A stretch of 64,000 nucleotides of DNA from Felis catus (lineage: Eukaryota), in the NCBI RefSeq assembly GCF_018350175.1, contig NC_058383.1, positions 1,054,001 through 1,118,000 of the forward strand, read 5' to 3'. The position numbers and the translations under genes were made by a program. Below, in pieces: positions 12,230-23,729 of this stretch; position 1 is the stretch's first letter; each line of letters starts with the position of its first letter. Under the pieces are notes generated by a model. That model did not search any database. It had not been told where the DNA came from and saw nothing but the letters and a program-made list of their open reading frames with translations.

Positions 12230-13720
12230 GTCAGTGATTTTCAACAAGGGCGCCTAAACCATTTAATGGAAAAGAACAGTCTTTTCAACAAAAGGTGCCG
12301 GGACACCTGAACTTCCACATGCAAAACAATGAACTGAGAGCCCTACCTCACACCAAACACAAAAATTAACTCAAAATGGATGACAAACCGAAGTGTAAGA
12401 ACTAAAACACAGGGGTACATCTTTATGACCCTGGATTAGGCAACAGTTTCTTACACAGGACACCAAAAAAAACAAAACAAAACAAAAACACAGCGAAAGA
12501 AAAAAAATGAATGGTGGACCTCTCAAAATTAAAAATTTTTGTGCTGCAAATAATTCCAGCAAAGAAGTACAAAGACAACATCAAGAAACGGAAAAATACT
12601 TGCAGGTCATGTAACTGACAAGAGCCTTGTATCCACCATGTGTGAAGAATTCTTACAACCCAATAAAAAAGACAAACTTGGTGAAAAAACAGACAAAGGA
12701 TTTGAATTCGGATTACTCCCCAAACACACAAGTGGCTAATGAGGACAGGAAAAGATGCTCAACACCATCCATTGTTAGGGAAATGTAAATCAAATGACCC
12801 CACTTCACATTCCTAGGTTGGCTCCAGTAACAAATACTGGTGATGCCTGAAAACTTGGAACCCTTATGCACCGCTGGTGGGATATAAAATGGTGCAGCCA
12901 CTCTGTACAACAGCCCAGTGGTTCCTCAAAAAGTTAAACATGTCGGGGCACCTGGCTGGCAGTCAGTAGAGCATGTGACTCTTGACCTCAGGGTTATAAA
13001 TTCAAGCCCGACGTTGGGTGTAGAGATTACTTTAAAAAAAAAGTTCAGGGGCGCCTGGATGGCGCAGTCGGTTAAGCGTCCGACTTCAGCCAGATCACGG
13101 ATCTCGCGGTCTGTGAGTTCGGGCCCCGCGTCAGGCTCTGGGCTGATGGCTCAGAGCCTGGAGCCTGTTTCCGATTCTGTGTCTCCCTCTCTCTCTGCCC
13201 CTCCCCCGTTCATGCTCTGTCTCTCTCTGTCCCAAAAATAAATAAACGTTGGAAAAAAAAAAAAAAGTTCAACACGTTACCATGGGTCCCAACAGCTCCA
13301 CATGCAGATACCTACCAAAGAAAACGAACACGTCCACGTAAAAATTCCAACACTAACGTTCACAGCAGCATTCGTCATAGTAACCAAAAGGTGAAAAAAC
13401 CTACGCATCCAGCAACTGCTGAACAGGGAACAAGACGTGGGGGCGCCCTCGCAATGGACGGCACTGACCGGGCGACTCAGCCCCGTCCTGCCACAGGAGA
13501 GGGGCCAGTCGCGGGTTACCGCACACGGTACAAGCTCGCCTACACGCGGTGTCCAGGACAAGTCCGCACAGAGCGGGAACATAGCTCCGTGGGTGCTCAG
13601 GGCTGGCGGAGGAAGGGGCAGGAGGGGCTCATAGGTCCGGGGTCTCTCCTGGGAGAAGGAAAATGTTCTGACACGAGGTTGCGGTGACGGTCACACAACG
13701 CTGTGAATTCATTAAAACAC
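12230..13720 (+). mobile_element. L1MB-type ORF2 end and 3' UTR with two nested SINEs (about 12946-13040 and 13048-13267)
   Basis: gaacagtcttttcaacaaa...aaaaattaactcaaaatgga...aaatggtgcagccact. Young SINEC_Fc with TSD aaaaaagttca. Confidence 0.85.
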
Positions 13721-14138
13721 GGGAAGATTAAAAAAAACAAAAAAACAAAAAACCTCACACCTCTCTCAATTATTTGTAATAAATTTAGCAACACAATGCC
13801 CCTGTATTGGTTTTCTTTCCTTTTTTTCCCTTAGCGGTAACCCTATTTCACAGGGTTTTGAGGACGGCGTGCACGTGTCTACGGCCTCTGGCACACCCGG
13901 GGCCCACAAGTGTGCATCAGCTTCCTGGTGGGCAGCCAGAACAGAGGACGAGCCAGCAGAGGGAGAGCGCGGTGGTGAGGAAAGCAGCCCCGGGGGAAGG
14001 TGGGGCCTCACGGGGGTCAAGACCCCTCCTTTAGGTTTCTTTTTCCTCCCAGGCCTTTCTGCAAAACAGCAGGCTCCCCAGGCTCTGCCAGCTTCCCTAG
14101 GTGGCCCTGTACTTGGTGGCTAGAGGGAGGCCACGTTG

Positions 14139-14139
<1 letters not shown>

Positions 14140-14179
<40 letters not shown>
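14140..14179 (+). repeat. G40 homopolymer
   Basis: 40 consecutive G. Confidence 0.95.
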
Positions 14180-14180
<1 letters not shown>

Positions 14181-15649
14181 GAGTCGATTCTGAAAACTGC
14201 CCTTTACTGAGAGCTGACCAGGCACCAGGTCCTGTTCTAAGTGCAGGACACGCACGAACTCGGTTCCGTCGTGTGGCCGTTGAGGGCAGCACGCGGGTGA
14301 GGAAACCGGGGCGTCCCTGTCAGAGGGGCACACCAACCGATGGCTCCTACGGTTGGCACACCCGAGTCACGCACTGAGCTCGCGCTACCGGGAAGTGTGC
14401 AAGCGATCCCGGCACAAAGAGCTGAGGGAGGACACCGCAGGCCTCCAGGGATGGGGCCTGGCGGGGGAGGGGGGAAGGCTGATGGCATCCTTTCTGCCCC
14501 TCGGCCGCTACGGCTGGAGGTTTTTAGCTGCACGCACACATCACCCAGCTAATTTGATAGGTTAAAAACGCCATTGTTTAAAATTGTATTATTCAGCGCT
14601 AGCCACAGGATGGTGAAAAGGCCGTCCGGGATTATGTCTGCTGACAGGAGAAGAAATTGGTGCAGTCTTTCTTTAAGGCAATTTTATAACATTCGTCAAG
14701 TGCTTTCCACTTCCAGGAACCTCTCCTGATGAAATAACCACGGGCTGAGATTCATACACAAGGGGGACAACTGCACCGTATAAAGCCTGCTAACGCCTCT
14801 GACATCGAGGAGCGGAAAACACCGTGACCGTCCCACAACAGTGGACTGCGGACTGGGAAAGCGACTGATGCCCGTGTGCAAAGGGGCAGGCCTATGCAGG
14901 ACGGCGCAGAACATCGGCCACAGGAGTAAGAGCTCATGGCGCAACGTCAAGGGCAAAGATGGGGCACAAAGCTACGTGTGTACCCCGTGACCGTCGTTTT
15001 GTGAGGAAAATTGCACACACACACACACACACACAAAGAGAAAAACTAGAAGGAAACACATCAGTATATTAACATTTTAGGAAGTGAGAATTACAAGTAT
15101 GGCTTTCCCCCTTCTACTCTTGTCATTTCTACTACAAAAGCTTTAAGATACCCAGCTCCAGTTCAGTGGGGCAAATGCTTCCGCCAGCAGAAAGCTGACG
15201 ACCCAGGTCAGACACACACACGGCGGCTAACCGTCTGGGTGGGGTGACACTCACAGGTCAGGACGCTTCAGCGCCAACCGGCTGAGGCTGCCGGGTCCCC
15301 AGGCCTGAAAAGAAACCCCACAGGATCTTAAAAAAAAATAACTGACCCTACAGGAAAAAATTCTTTTAAAATCTGAAAATCACACCCGCAGCCCCCAATG
15401 GCCCCTCTCACCCAGCGCGTGTTACCTCTGATGTGTCCTGGGGGCCACAGGGAAGGACACCTTCCAACTCACAGGGCCAAGCCCCCCTCGGGAGGGTCTG
15501 CGCCCTCACTCCACAGCCCTCGAGGAAATCAGTCCGAGGAGTCCAGGAGCGGGATCCTAGCGCCTGAGCCGGCCTGGGACTTCATTCCTGTCCCTTTTGA
15601 TCCAAGCCTAGTCCGAGTTCTGACTTGCCCACTTAGACGAACGGCCTCC

Positions 15650-17750
15650 ACATTCTGCTCTCTTGGTACCTAACCCACCCCTCCCTGTCCCTCCAATGGC
15701 CAATCTCGAAGTCCTGTCACTACTCACTCACCGAGCCCACCTCCCATCTTTCCAGCTCAACCCCCTCAGCACCCCGGGGCCCAATCACCCTTCAGCCTCA
15801 CCAGGGGATCCACCACATTCCCCACCTCTGCCACCTGCCTGGCCGCCCCTCTCCTCTCTCAAACCTCCACTGTCTTCTCCCTTCTGGCTGAGAACCTTAA
15901 TTCCTGATCACAAAACAAGGGGAAGGGAACTGCAAGCTCCCTACATCTACCCACCTGCCCTCCTCTCCTGTTCTGATGGAAACGGGCCAGGTTCTGACCA
16001 AGGCCAAACCCTCCACTGGTGAGCTGGGTTCCAGCCCCACCTGCGCAGGGACATCACTCTGAGCACCGCCCCTCCTTCTCGGTTCTGGCTTCCCATCTAC
16101 TCACTCAACTAAAGCTTCCCACAGGCAATAATAAAAACTCTCTCGATCCCACATGCTCTTCTCCCTATTTCTGCCTCCTTCTGCAGTAAAACCCTGTAGG
16201 GCCGCCTGCACGGCCTGGAACTCCTTCCGTCCCTCCTCTCTCCAACCCCTCCACCAGAACTGCTCTTCCCAAGATCACAACGACTCCATACGGACAAAGA
16301 CGCGCTGTGTGACCAAACTCTACCCAGGCTCCTCTCTCCCAAAGGGCCTCACACCTGGCCCACTAATGCAGTGTCTAACAGCTCAAGGCCCTATCCCTGA
16401 AATGACCCTGGCGCCCTTAAAGAGAGCCTGCCTGAGAAAACTCAAGGCTGCCAAAAGAATGCGGCCAACACGGGGAGACCCCACCCGACAGCCCTGTGGA
16501 AGGGTAGCAGCCTACCTTTGATAAGCGCTAACCAGCAACCCCGGGTGGGTTTCACATGGACCAACCCCCCCTTCCTGGTTTTTGTAATGTTTCACTTCCT
16601 AAGGCGACTGAGTGCCTCCCCTTTCCCCTCCCCATTCCCTCAATCTCCCTTTAAAACACCCACTCGCCCCTGGACAGACCTAAGGAGAATTCGGTTCACG
16701 CGGTCTTGTCCCTACCGCAACAGTTACTACTGATCAAAATCCACCCTTGCCGCTTTGCTCGCCACAGAGGTGAAATCTCACGGCGAGTCTCAGTACTCTC
16801 CCTATTCCACCCAACAGCAGCATTTGGCAGGTGATGCTTCCTTCTCTCCGCTTCTGAAAAAGACACCACACCCTCCTCCTGCTCTTCCTCCTCCCTCTTC
16901 ACCTCCTGAGCCTGGGCACTGAAGAGCTCCATGCTTCCTGCCCACTTTCCTCACGGCCTGCACTCATTCCCTCAGTGATCTCATCTAGTTGCGCGGCTTT
17001 AAACACCTCCCATCTACCAGCCACTTGGAATTTCTCCCTGAATTGCACTAGTACACGCTATCACCAACACCCACACACATCATCTCAGGCGCAAGGCGTC
17101 AAAATCCGCACTTCTGATCTTCCTGGGGGCATCTGTCCTCTCCATGAACGGCCATCAGGAAATCCTGACTTCTGCTCGAGCTAAAGACTGTGGTGCCCCA
17201 CATTTGCATCTGACACAGCCATTAACCCTGTCGGCCTTGCCTCCAAAACACATCCCGAAGATAGTGACTACCTTTCACTCCCTGTGCCGTCACTACCCTC
17301 CCGTCTGCATTACTCACGGTCCCTGCCCTTGCCCCTCCAGCCCCTTTCCAACACAGCATGCACAATGACTCGTAGAACGTCCAGGTCAGGCTCTGCGGGA
17401 CACCTTCCCATTTCTCTCGGAGAGGAGTCCGCGTCCTCGTCCAGGCCTTGCGGGCGCAGGTGGCTGCCCCGCGCGCCTCCTTCCCCGCTCTCCGGCTCGT
17501 ACTCCTGCTGCAGCGGCTGCTGCTGCGCCCGGGATCCCTCGACCTGGGGCGTCTGCCGGCACCGACGCGACTCGCTCGCGGTGCCCTGCTCCGCCTTATT
17601 TTCCTGCAGGCTCCCACACCTTATTAATTCTGTGTCCTCAGAACGCAAGCGCCCCGGGTCGGCGTCGTTTCCGCCGAGCCCGGCGGCCGCCTGGGGCCCG
17701 GGACAGCGCAGACACGCGGGAGCCCACCGAACGCTTCAGTCAACGAGCGC
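15650..17750 (+). mobile_element. Long L2 remnant, split by an LTR and running into the C7orf50 CpG island
   Basis: Collinear L2 phrases: cacctcccatctttccagctca; ccagaactgctcttcccaagatcac; cctgtcggccttgcctccaaaacacatcccgaa; ttcccatttctctcggagaggagtcc. Confidence 0.7.
16292..16765 (+). mobile_element. ERV1-class solo LTR (MER31/MER67-like) inserted in L2
   Basis: Starts gacaaagac...gaccaaactctacccaggctcctct; contains tgcctgagaaaactcaaggctgccaaaagaat and gggtttcacatggaccaacccc. L2 sequence resumes on both sides. Confidence 0.75.
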
Positions 17751-17918
17751 TTTGTGGCGAAGGGGATGCCCGGCTCGAGGGGCACAGCCTGGGGCAGCCG
17801 GCGGCTCGGACCCCGCGCGCACCCCGCGGGCCTCCGCCGGTGCCCTCCGACGCCATCCAGGCCCGCACACCCACTTGGGAGCCGCCCCGCGACCCCCGAC
17901 CCTGCGGTCCTCGCCTAC

Positions 17919-17965
17919 CTGCGCGTGGCCGCCGACGCGGGCTTCCGGCAGGCGCGCCGCCAAGG
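17919..17965 (-). other. C7orf50: Putative non-coding exon 1 of C7orf50 (5' end approximate)
   Basis: Donor CGCAG|GTAGGC at 17918 inside the CpG island, just downstream of CCAAT and GC boxes. Splicing to 9675 gives a strong Kozak context CAGG-ATG-G. Confidence 0.65.
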
Positions 17966-18569
17966 TAACACGGTCCCGCCTCCTGGAGCGGCGTCGCCCA
18001 TTGGCCGAGGCCCGCCCCCATCTGCCCGCCGGCCAACGGCACGCGGGAGCCGCGAGTAGGCGGGTTCAGGCGCAGGCGCGGGCTGGCAGCGTCATCTCTA
18101 GGCGCCGCCGCTTGCCGGGAGCCGCAGGTTGCCTAGCAACCCCCCGCGTGCTGGCTGCCGGGACTGGGGAGCCTCACCCGGTTTCCGGCCGCGGGGGCGA
18201 GGCGACCCCGGGCCGGGACCCCGACCTGTGTGTCTGGGCGCTTGGGAGTCGTATTAAACATACATATTTGTATGAACTGAAGATACTATAACGTTAGAAC
18301 CGTGCACCGGTTTCAGACGCCGCACAGGAGGAGCCCCGGCAATGTGGTCGTCGGCCTAGAGGTCGCGGCCGGCCCGCGGTGAAGGCGTGCGCCCCCTGCC
18401 CGGACGACCCCACCTGGTGATAGGTGCCCGAGTGAGGGGACTGTGGCTGCCGCAGAGCATCTGGGGGTCCGGGAACCGGAGCGCCACGCCGGGCAGGCAG
18501 CGCGGGGCCGCAGAGGGAGCAGGTGCAGCTCTGCGGCCCCTCCCCTGCTGCTAGCACCTGGAAAGCGCG

Positions 18570-18715
18570 GCTCGAGTCACACGCCGCTCTCCCGCGTGCG
18601 CAGGTGCGGGCACGTGCAGCCTCGCCGACCTCGGGACGCGCGCAGGTGCCGCTCCGGTCACACGCCGCCTTTGAGCACGCAGGTGCGGGGACGTCCAGCC
18701 TTGCTGACTTTGGGA
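18570..18715. repeat. Diverged tandem duplication, period about 81 bp
   Basis: gtcacacgccgc...gcaggtgcggg(c/g)acgt(g/c)cagcct(c/t)gc(c/t)gac(c/t)t(c/t)ggga occurs twice. Confidence 0.8.
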
Positions 18716-19899
18716 GAAACCGTCCTGCTTTCAAACTGACCCGACCGGCCTTCCGACAACATACAGAAAAGTTTTTATCCACGTACAAGCTTAAATAGTA
18801 TATAATGTAATGTAAAAATACATGAATAAATGTGTAATATATTTAGTTTTGCCCTTGTTTTCAGAGCTCATATTGTAGGAATAGGTCGTTCAGATCAGCC
18901 TCCCATTGAGAACAGAATAAAAAGCTGGCCAAAATATAATCATTTAAAAGTAGCTGGGTTCTATGCCATCAGTGTGCTAATTGGATAGTGAAATATTCTA
19001 ACAGGGGATACAAAGGAAACCCAGAGCACTAAACTTGATGTTCAGCAACACTTTCCACTCAGGGCTCAGTCCATTCTGGAAGAGGCGGAGAACCTGAACA
19101 GAGATTTTGATAGCTTGGTGGGCTAGGGCCGCTAAGGGAGAGGGTTCTTGTAATGTCCCATCTTTGAGCTGAGACCCTGAAAGGCTACACCAGGGGAGTG
19201 AATATGAACAGAATAGACCAGCCTTGCAGGGACTTCATAAAATCCATATTACATTATCTCAGTTTCTGAAACCGCAAGTGATTCAGGGTTTATCGTTGCT
19301 GCCGCTAGCCTGCTCAAAGAAGAAAGGGTAAAGCTGTTCTAGGAGAAAAGTCTAGTATCCTTTGCCCCAAACTACAATTGTCCATATATTATGTCCAGCA
19401 CTCAGTAGAAAACAGCTGTTTACAGAAGACAACACATGATAGAAAACCAAGGAAAAGGAGGTACCACTTTCACTGTACAATGAATCGCTGACACTCTCAG
19501 CCAGCATTATAACTTCACGGTCTGAAAATGTCCAGTTCCTGATGGACAGCTCCAGTCACACGCTGATGTGACGTCTAAGGCCGGGGAGCACATCAGAAGC
19601 TTCTCGGCATGCTGTGTGATTCTCCGCAGCGGAGGGCACAGCTTGGTGCCAGAGACCACACGGCCTCAGAAACACGTATGCGTATCCAGCTGCAGCGGAC
19701 CTTCCGAGTTATTTGGGCTCAGCGCAGGACAGCGGAGGCTACGGACTGGACGTGCTGCAGAATCTTCCAGTGCTCTGCGCCCCGCTCAAAACCAACAGAC
19801 TTCCAAGTTTCCCAATACATGAGTGGTGCTCATGTTAACTCTGGTCCGTGCTGCCTCCCACATCCAAAAAGGCTACTTTCTGCTTCTCTGTGGCAGAAA

Positions 19900-20315
19900 A
19901 TTGTGTTTGTTTTCGACGTCTGCATTACAAATGAACACAGAACTTATTAGTTTAAGCCCGTAAATTTAGCAGCTTCACTCACAGTCTCTGAGGGGTCAGA
20001 AATGCCGGAGCGGCTGAGCCCTGTCTGAGAGAAGGTCCCTCCCAAAGCCACGAAGCGTCCACCAGGGCTGTGGTTTTGTCAGAAGGTTTGTCTGGGGGAC
20101 AGTCCATTTCCAAGCCACACGTGGCTACCGGAAGGATCCACTCCTCACAGGTGATTGGGCTGAGGGACCTCGGTTCCCGCTGGCCATCGGCAAAAGCCCT
20201 CCCTGACCTCCTTGTCACATGGGTTCCTGCACAGGGCAGCTCACAAAGCAGCTGGCTTCCCTGGGGCGAGTGAGCAAGAGGGCACACAGGAGGGGAGGCA
20301 CGGGCTCTTTATAAC
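19900..20315 (-). mobile_element. MaLR LTR (MLT1-type)
   Basis: ctcacagtctctgaggggtcagaaat...ccagggctgtggt...atccactcctcacaggtgattgggctgagggacctcggttcc. Confidence 0.7.
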
Positions 20316-20319
20316 CACA

Positions 20320-20570
20320 CACTGGATGATTCTATTCATACGAAATGTCCAGAACAGGCAAGTCCAGAGACCATAGGTTAGTGGTCACCAGGGCCTGCTG
20401 GTGTGGAGAGAATGGGGAGTGCTTCGTGGGTACGAGGTTTCCTTTTGGGACGAGAACGTTCTGGAACTAGATGGTGGTAATGACCGCACACTATGAGTGT
20501 ATTAAATGGTGCTCAATTATTCACTTGGAGATGGTTTTAAAATGGTGAGTTTTGTGTTTCTTACCACCGT
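20320..20570 (+). mobile_element. L1MB-type 3' end
   Basis: tgattctattcatacgaaatgtccagaacaggcaagtccagagac...gttctggaactagatggtggtaatg. Confidence 0.8.
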
Positions 20571-20699
20571 CACGTTCCTCCATAAACGTGGCTATTATTC
20601 ACGTCGAAGATGGCTGTGTTCCTTCGCATCTGTGTATTTCCAGCCGCCGCCCCCGCCCAGCCATCTTGGCTGAACTTTGCTGAATGCGTAGAACAGTAA

Positions 20700-22690
20700 C
20701 AGGAGTCTAAAAGTTAAGACGGCACAAGAAAGTACTGGACCCCTCCCAACACTCCTACCTCATTGCCACCCACCCCATCCAGGTAGCCAGCTTCGTTAGT
20801 TTCTCGTTTATCCTTCTGTGTTTCTTTTAGCAAAAACAAGCAGATGCGTGGATATTATGACACTTACTCCCCGTTCCCTACGCAGAAGGCAGCAGAGCAC
20901 ACGTTCTCCGGCACCACGCTCCTTCCAGCCGACAACGAACCCTGGAAATTTTCCGTCAGTTACAGGCACCCTCTCCTTTCCTACAGCTTCTCGGGGCCCT
21001 GCGGGGGGACTTACCGTGGCTCACACGGTCGGTGCCCATCCACAGGAACCGTCTCCAGCTGTAAACCGAGCTGCGCTCAACAGTCGCGCACACTGGTTTT
21101 CCTATTGTTGGTGGCACACCTTCAGGATAGGCTCCTGGGGTGGGACTGCCAAACATAGACGAATTTGGCTGGGTACAGCCAGATTTTCCTCAGTAACGGT
21201 TGACGTCTGGCATTCCCACCTGCCACGCGTGGACGTCTCTCTCGCCTGCAGCCTTGCCAACAGAGTAGGCTCTCAAGCTTGGATTTCCGCTCATCTAATC
21301 TTCATTTGCGTCTCTCCTAACTCAAGTGAGGCGGAACATCCCTTTCCATACCCTGGGGTCACCCTTCTACGCTCTTGTGGCGTCGCTTCGTCCTTCACCC
21401 ATCTTCCTACCCGGTCTCCGATCTTTTCCCCCTCAATGCGTACATTCTTTGTGTACTAGAGACATCGACCTTCACTGGGACATGGGTTGCAGATACTTTG
21501 TCCTAGTTTGTCACCTGTGCTTTGGTCCTGAGTATGGCGTCCTCTGCCACGCAACCGTGCTTCGCCACTGTGAACCCTTTCCTTCACCCATCTTACTTTT
21601 GCGTCACCTTAAGAAAGCCTTTCCCATTCCCAGTTTTGGAGAAGCCTGGCCAAGGTTTCGTCCCATGACCTGTTTGGCTTCATTCCTTCCACTCACATTT
21701 CTTTAATTTTTTTTTTTTTTTACGTTTATCCATTTTTGAAAGACAGAGACAGGGCACAAGCAGGAGTGGGGCACAGAGAGAGAGGGACACAGCAGGCTCC
21801 AGGCTCCGAGCTATCAGCACCAGAGCCCGACGTAGGGCTGGAACCCATGAACCTCGAGATCATGACCTGAGCCAAAGTCGGACGCTCAGCCGACTGAGCC
21901 ACCCAGGCGCCCCTATTCCTTCCACTCACATTTCTGACAGGAGTCCTCGTATGCATGACATAAGGACAGACCCGATGCTACCTTTCTCTAAACAGCTATC
22001 TTAAATCAACACTGTTGTTCAAAAAGCCCATCCTGGCTCGTGACTTGAGATGCACCTTCCCTTCCATCACATCCACGTTTCCACACACACTTGGTTTCCT
22101 ACCTCAGTGCACAGGTCCATCCGGTGCTGAGCCTGCAGCACGCTACTCCACGCACTGTTCCACACACCGGGGCTTTACGATGCCCCGGGAGGTCGGGGAA
22201 GGGCTTTCGCCATCTCCTTTGTTCTTCTTTCATGTGCACTTTGCCATATGAACCGGAGCGTCAGCTCGTCCAGCTCCAGAAGAGCAGCTTGTTGGGATTT
22301 ATATTGGGATCCTCTTAGATTTAAAATTCATCTAGGAAAAATGGAGCTCCTTCGGATGTGGCCTTCCTTTCCAAGAACAAGCGCTGTCTTACCGGGTTGT
22401 GTCCACTTTTGTATCTTTCGTGAGTGTTTTAAAGTTTGGTCCGCTATGGATCTTGCATACATCTTAAGTTTATTCTTACATATTTTATCTTTATTGCCAC
22501 TGTAAACGCGATTTGTCTCTTCCATTGTATCTTTGGGTTATCATGACGGCGATGAAGGTTACTGATTCCTGTCTGTCAGTTTTATATCCTGTTACCTTTT
22601 GAAATTCTTTCATCGGAGGAGCTACGTACATTTTATGATCTTAAGGAAGTTGTCTCTCATGTCCCACTTTACTGAACAGTCTGTCACGGA
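20700..22690 (-). mobile_element. Old L1 (L1ME-like) with a nested SINEC_Fc at 21703-21913
   Basis: T-rich antisense L1 phrases (ttgttgggatttatattgggat; cagttttatatcctgttacctt). The SINE has a 21-bp TSD. Confidence 0.7.
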
Positions 22691-22699
22691 GAACTGAGA

Positions 22700-23210
22700 T
22701 ACTCGCGTTCCTTTCTCATCGACATCTCTATCCCTTAGAGCTCAGTCTGTGTTCAGTGTTCAATCTTCCTTCCCTCCCCCTCTCTCCCACGCTGCGGTGT
22801 CACCCTGGCGTGGCTTTCCGATCTAACATATGCCAGTGACTCCAAATCCTGTTTCTGGTCTCGACCTCGCCCCCTGGACTTGCTTACCCACCTGCCTAAA
22901 TGGTTTCTCTACACAGCAGGTCAGTAAGTATCTCGACAGAACACGCTCACAGCCAGGCTTGGGATTCTTCCTTCCAAACCCGTTCCGTTCCTCATCGTGC
23001 TTAGCATCCACTGCCCCAACCCAGGTGCCACCGAGAAAAGCGTCCCCACTCCTCTCTGCCTGTCACCTACACATCTTGTTAACACACTTTCCACGTCCCC
23101 CGCCCCCGTCTAGCCCAGGGCTCCACAACCGGGCACCTGGGCACCCACTCTGCCCTCCTAATGCATTCACCACCTCACAAAGGCCAGAAAGATCACTATT
23201 TTTTAAAAAA
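22700..23210 (+). mobile_element. L2 fragment
   Basis: tgactccaaatcctgtttctgg...ttcttccttccaaacccgttcc...aggccagaaagatcactattttttaaaa. Confidence 0.6.
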
Positions 23211-23246
23211 CTCATTAAGCAGTTGGCATTTAAAATTTACTACTTT

Positions 23247-23666
23247 GGGGGCGCCTGGGTGGCTCAGTCGGTTAGGCGGACGACTTCGGCTCAGGTCGTG
23301 ATCTCGCGGTCTGTGAGTTCGAGCCCCGCGTCGGGCTCTGTGTTGACAGCTCAGAGCCTGGAGCCTGTTTCAGATTCTGTGTCTCCCTCTCTCTGACCCT
23401 CCCCCGTTCATGATCTGTCTCTCTCTGTCTCAAAAATAAACGTTAAAAAAAATTTTTTTTAATTTACTATTTTGTGAGACAGAGAAAGTGCACGAGTGGG
23501 GGAGGGGAGGAGGGGGTAGAAAGAGAGGAAGAGAGAGAATCCCAAGCAGGCTCCACACTGTCAGCACAGAGCCCAACGCAGGGCTCAATCCCACCAACCA
23601 CGAGATCAAGACTTGAGCCAAAATCAAGACTCAGATGCTTAACCGGCTGAGCCACCCAGGTACCTC
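23247..23666. mobile_element. Tail-to-tail SINE pair (+ SINEC_Fc 23247-23452; - SINE 23453-23666)
   Basis: Two full SINE bodies in opposite orientation joined at their A/T tails. Confidence 0.92.
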
Positions 23667-23729
23667 CAGAATCACTTTAGAACGTGGATCAAATGATTAT
23701 ATTTTCCATTTTGAGGGCAAGATATTCAT

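Larger units (their letters stand above)
17400..18720. promoter_or_regulatory. CpG-island promoter of C7orf50
   Basis: Very high GC and CpG density. ETS CCGGAAG (minus, 17942-17948), CCAAT (minus, 18000-18004), GC box at about 18011, NRF1-like GCGCAGGCGC 18070-18079, RFX X-box 18128-18140, EGR-type GCGGGGGCG 18191-18199. Confidence 0.85.

Noticed and set aside
17284..18291. 335-aa plus-strand ORF and overlapping minus-strand ORFs (for example 17310-17648)
   Set aside because: Stop-poor CpG-island and L2-derived sequence; low-complexity Arg/Pro/Ala/Gly content, no recognisable domain, and near-cognate starts.
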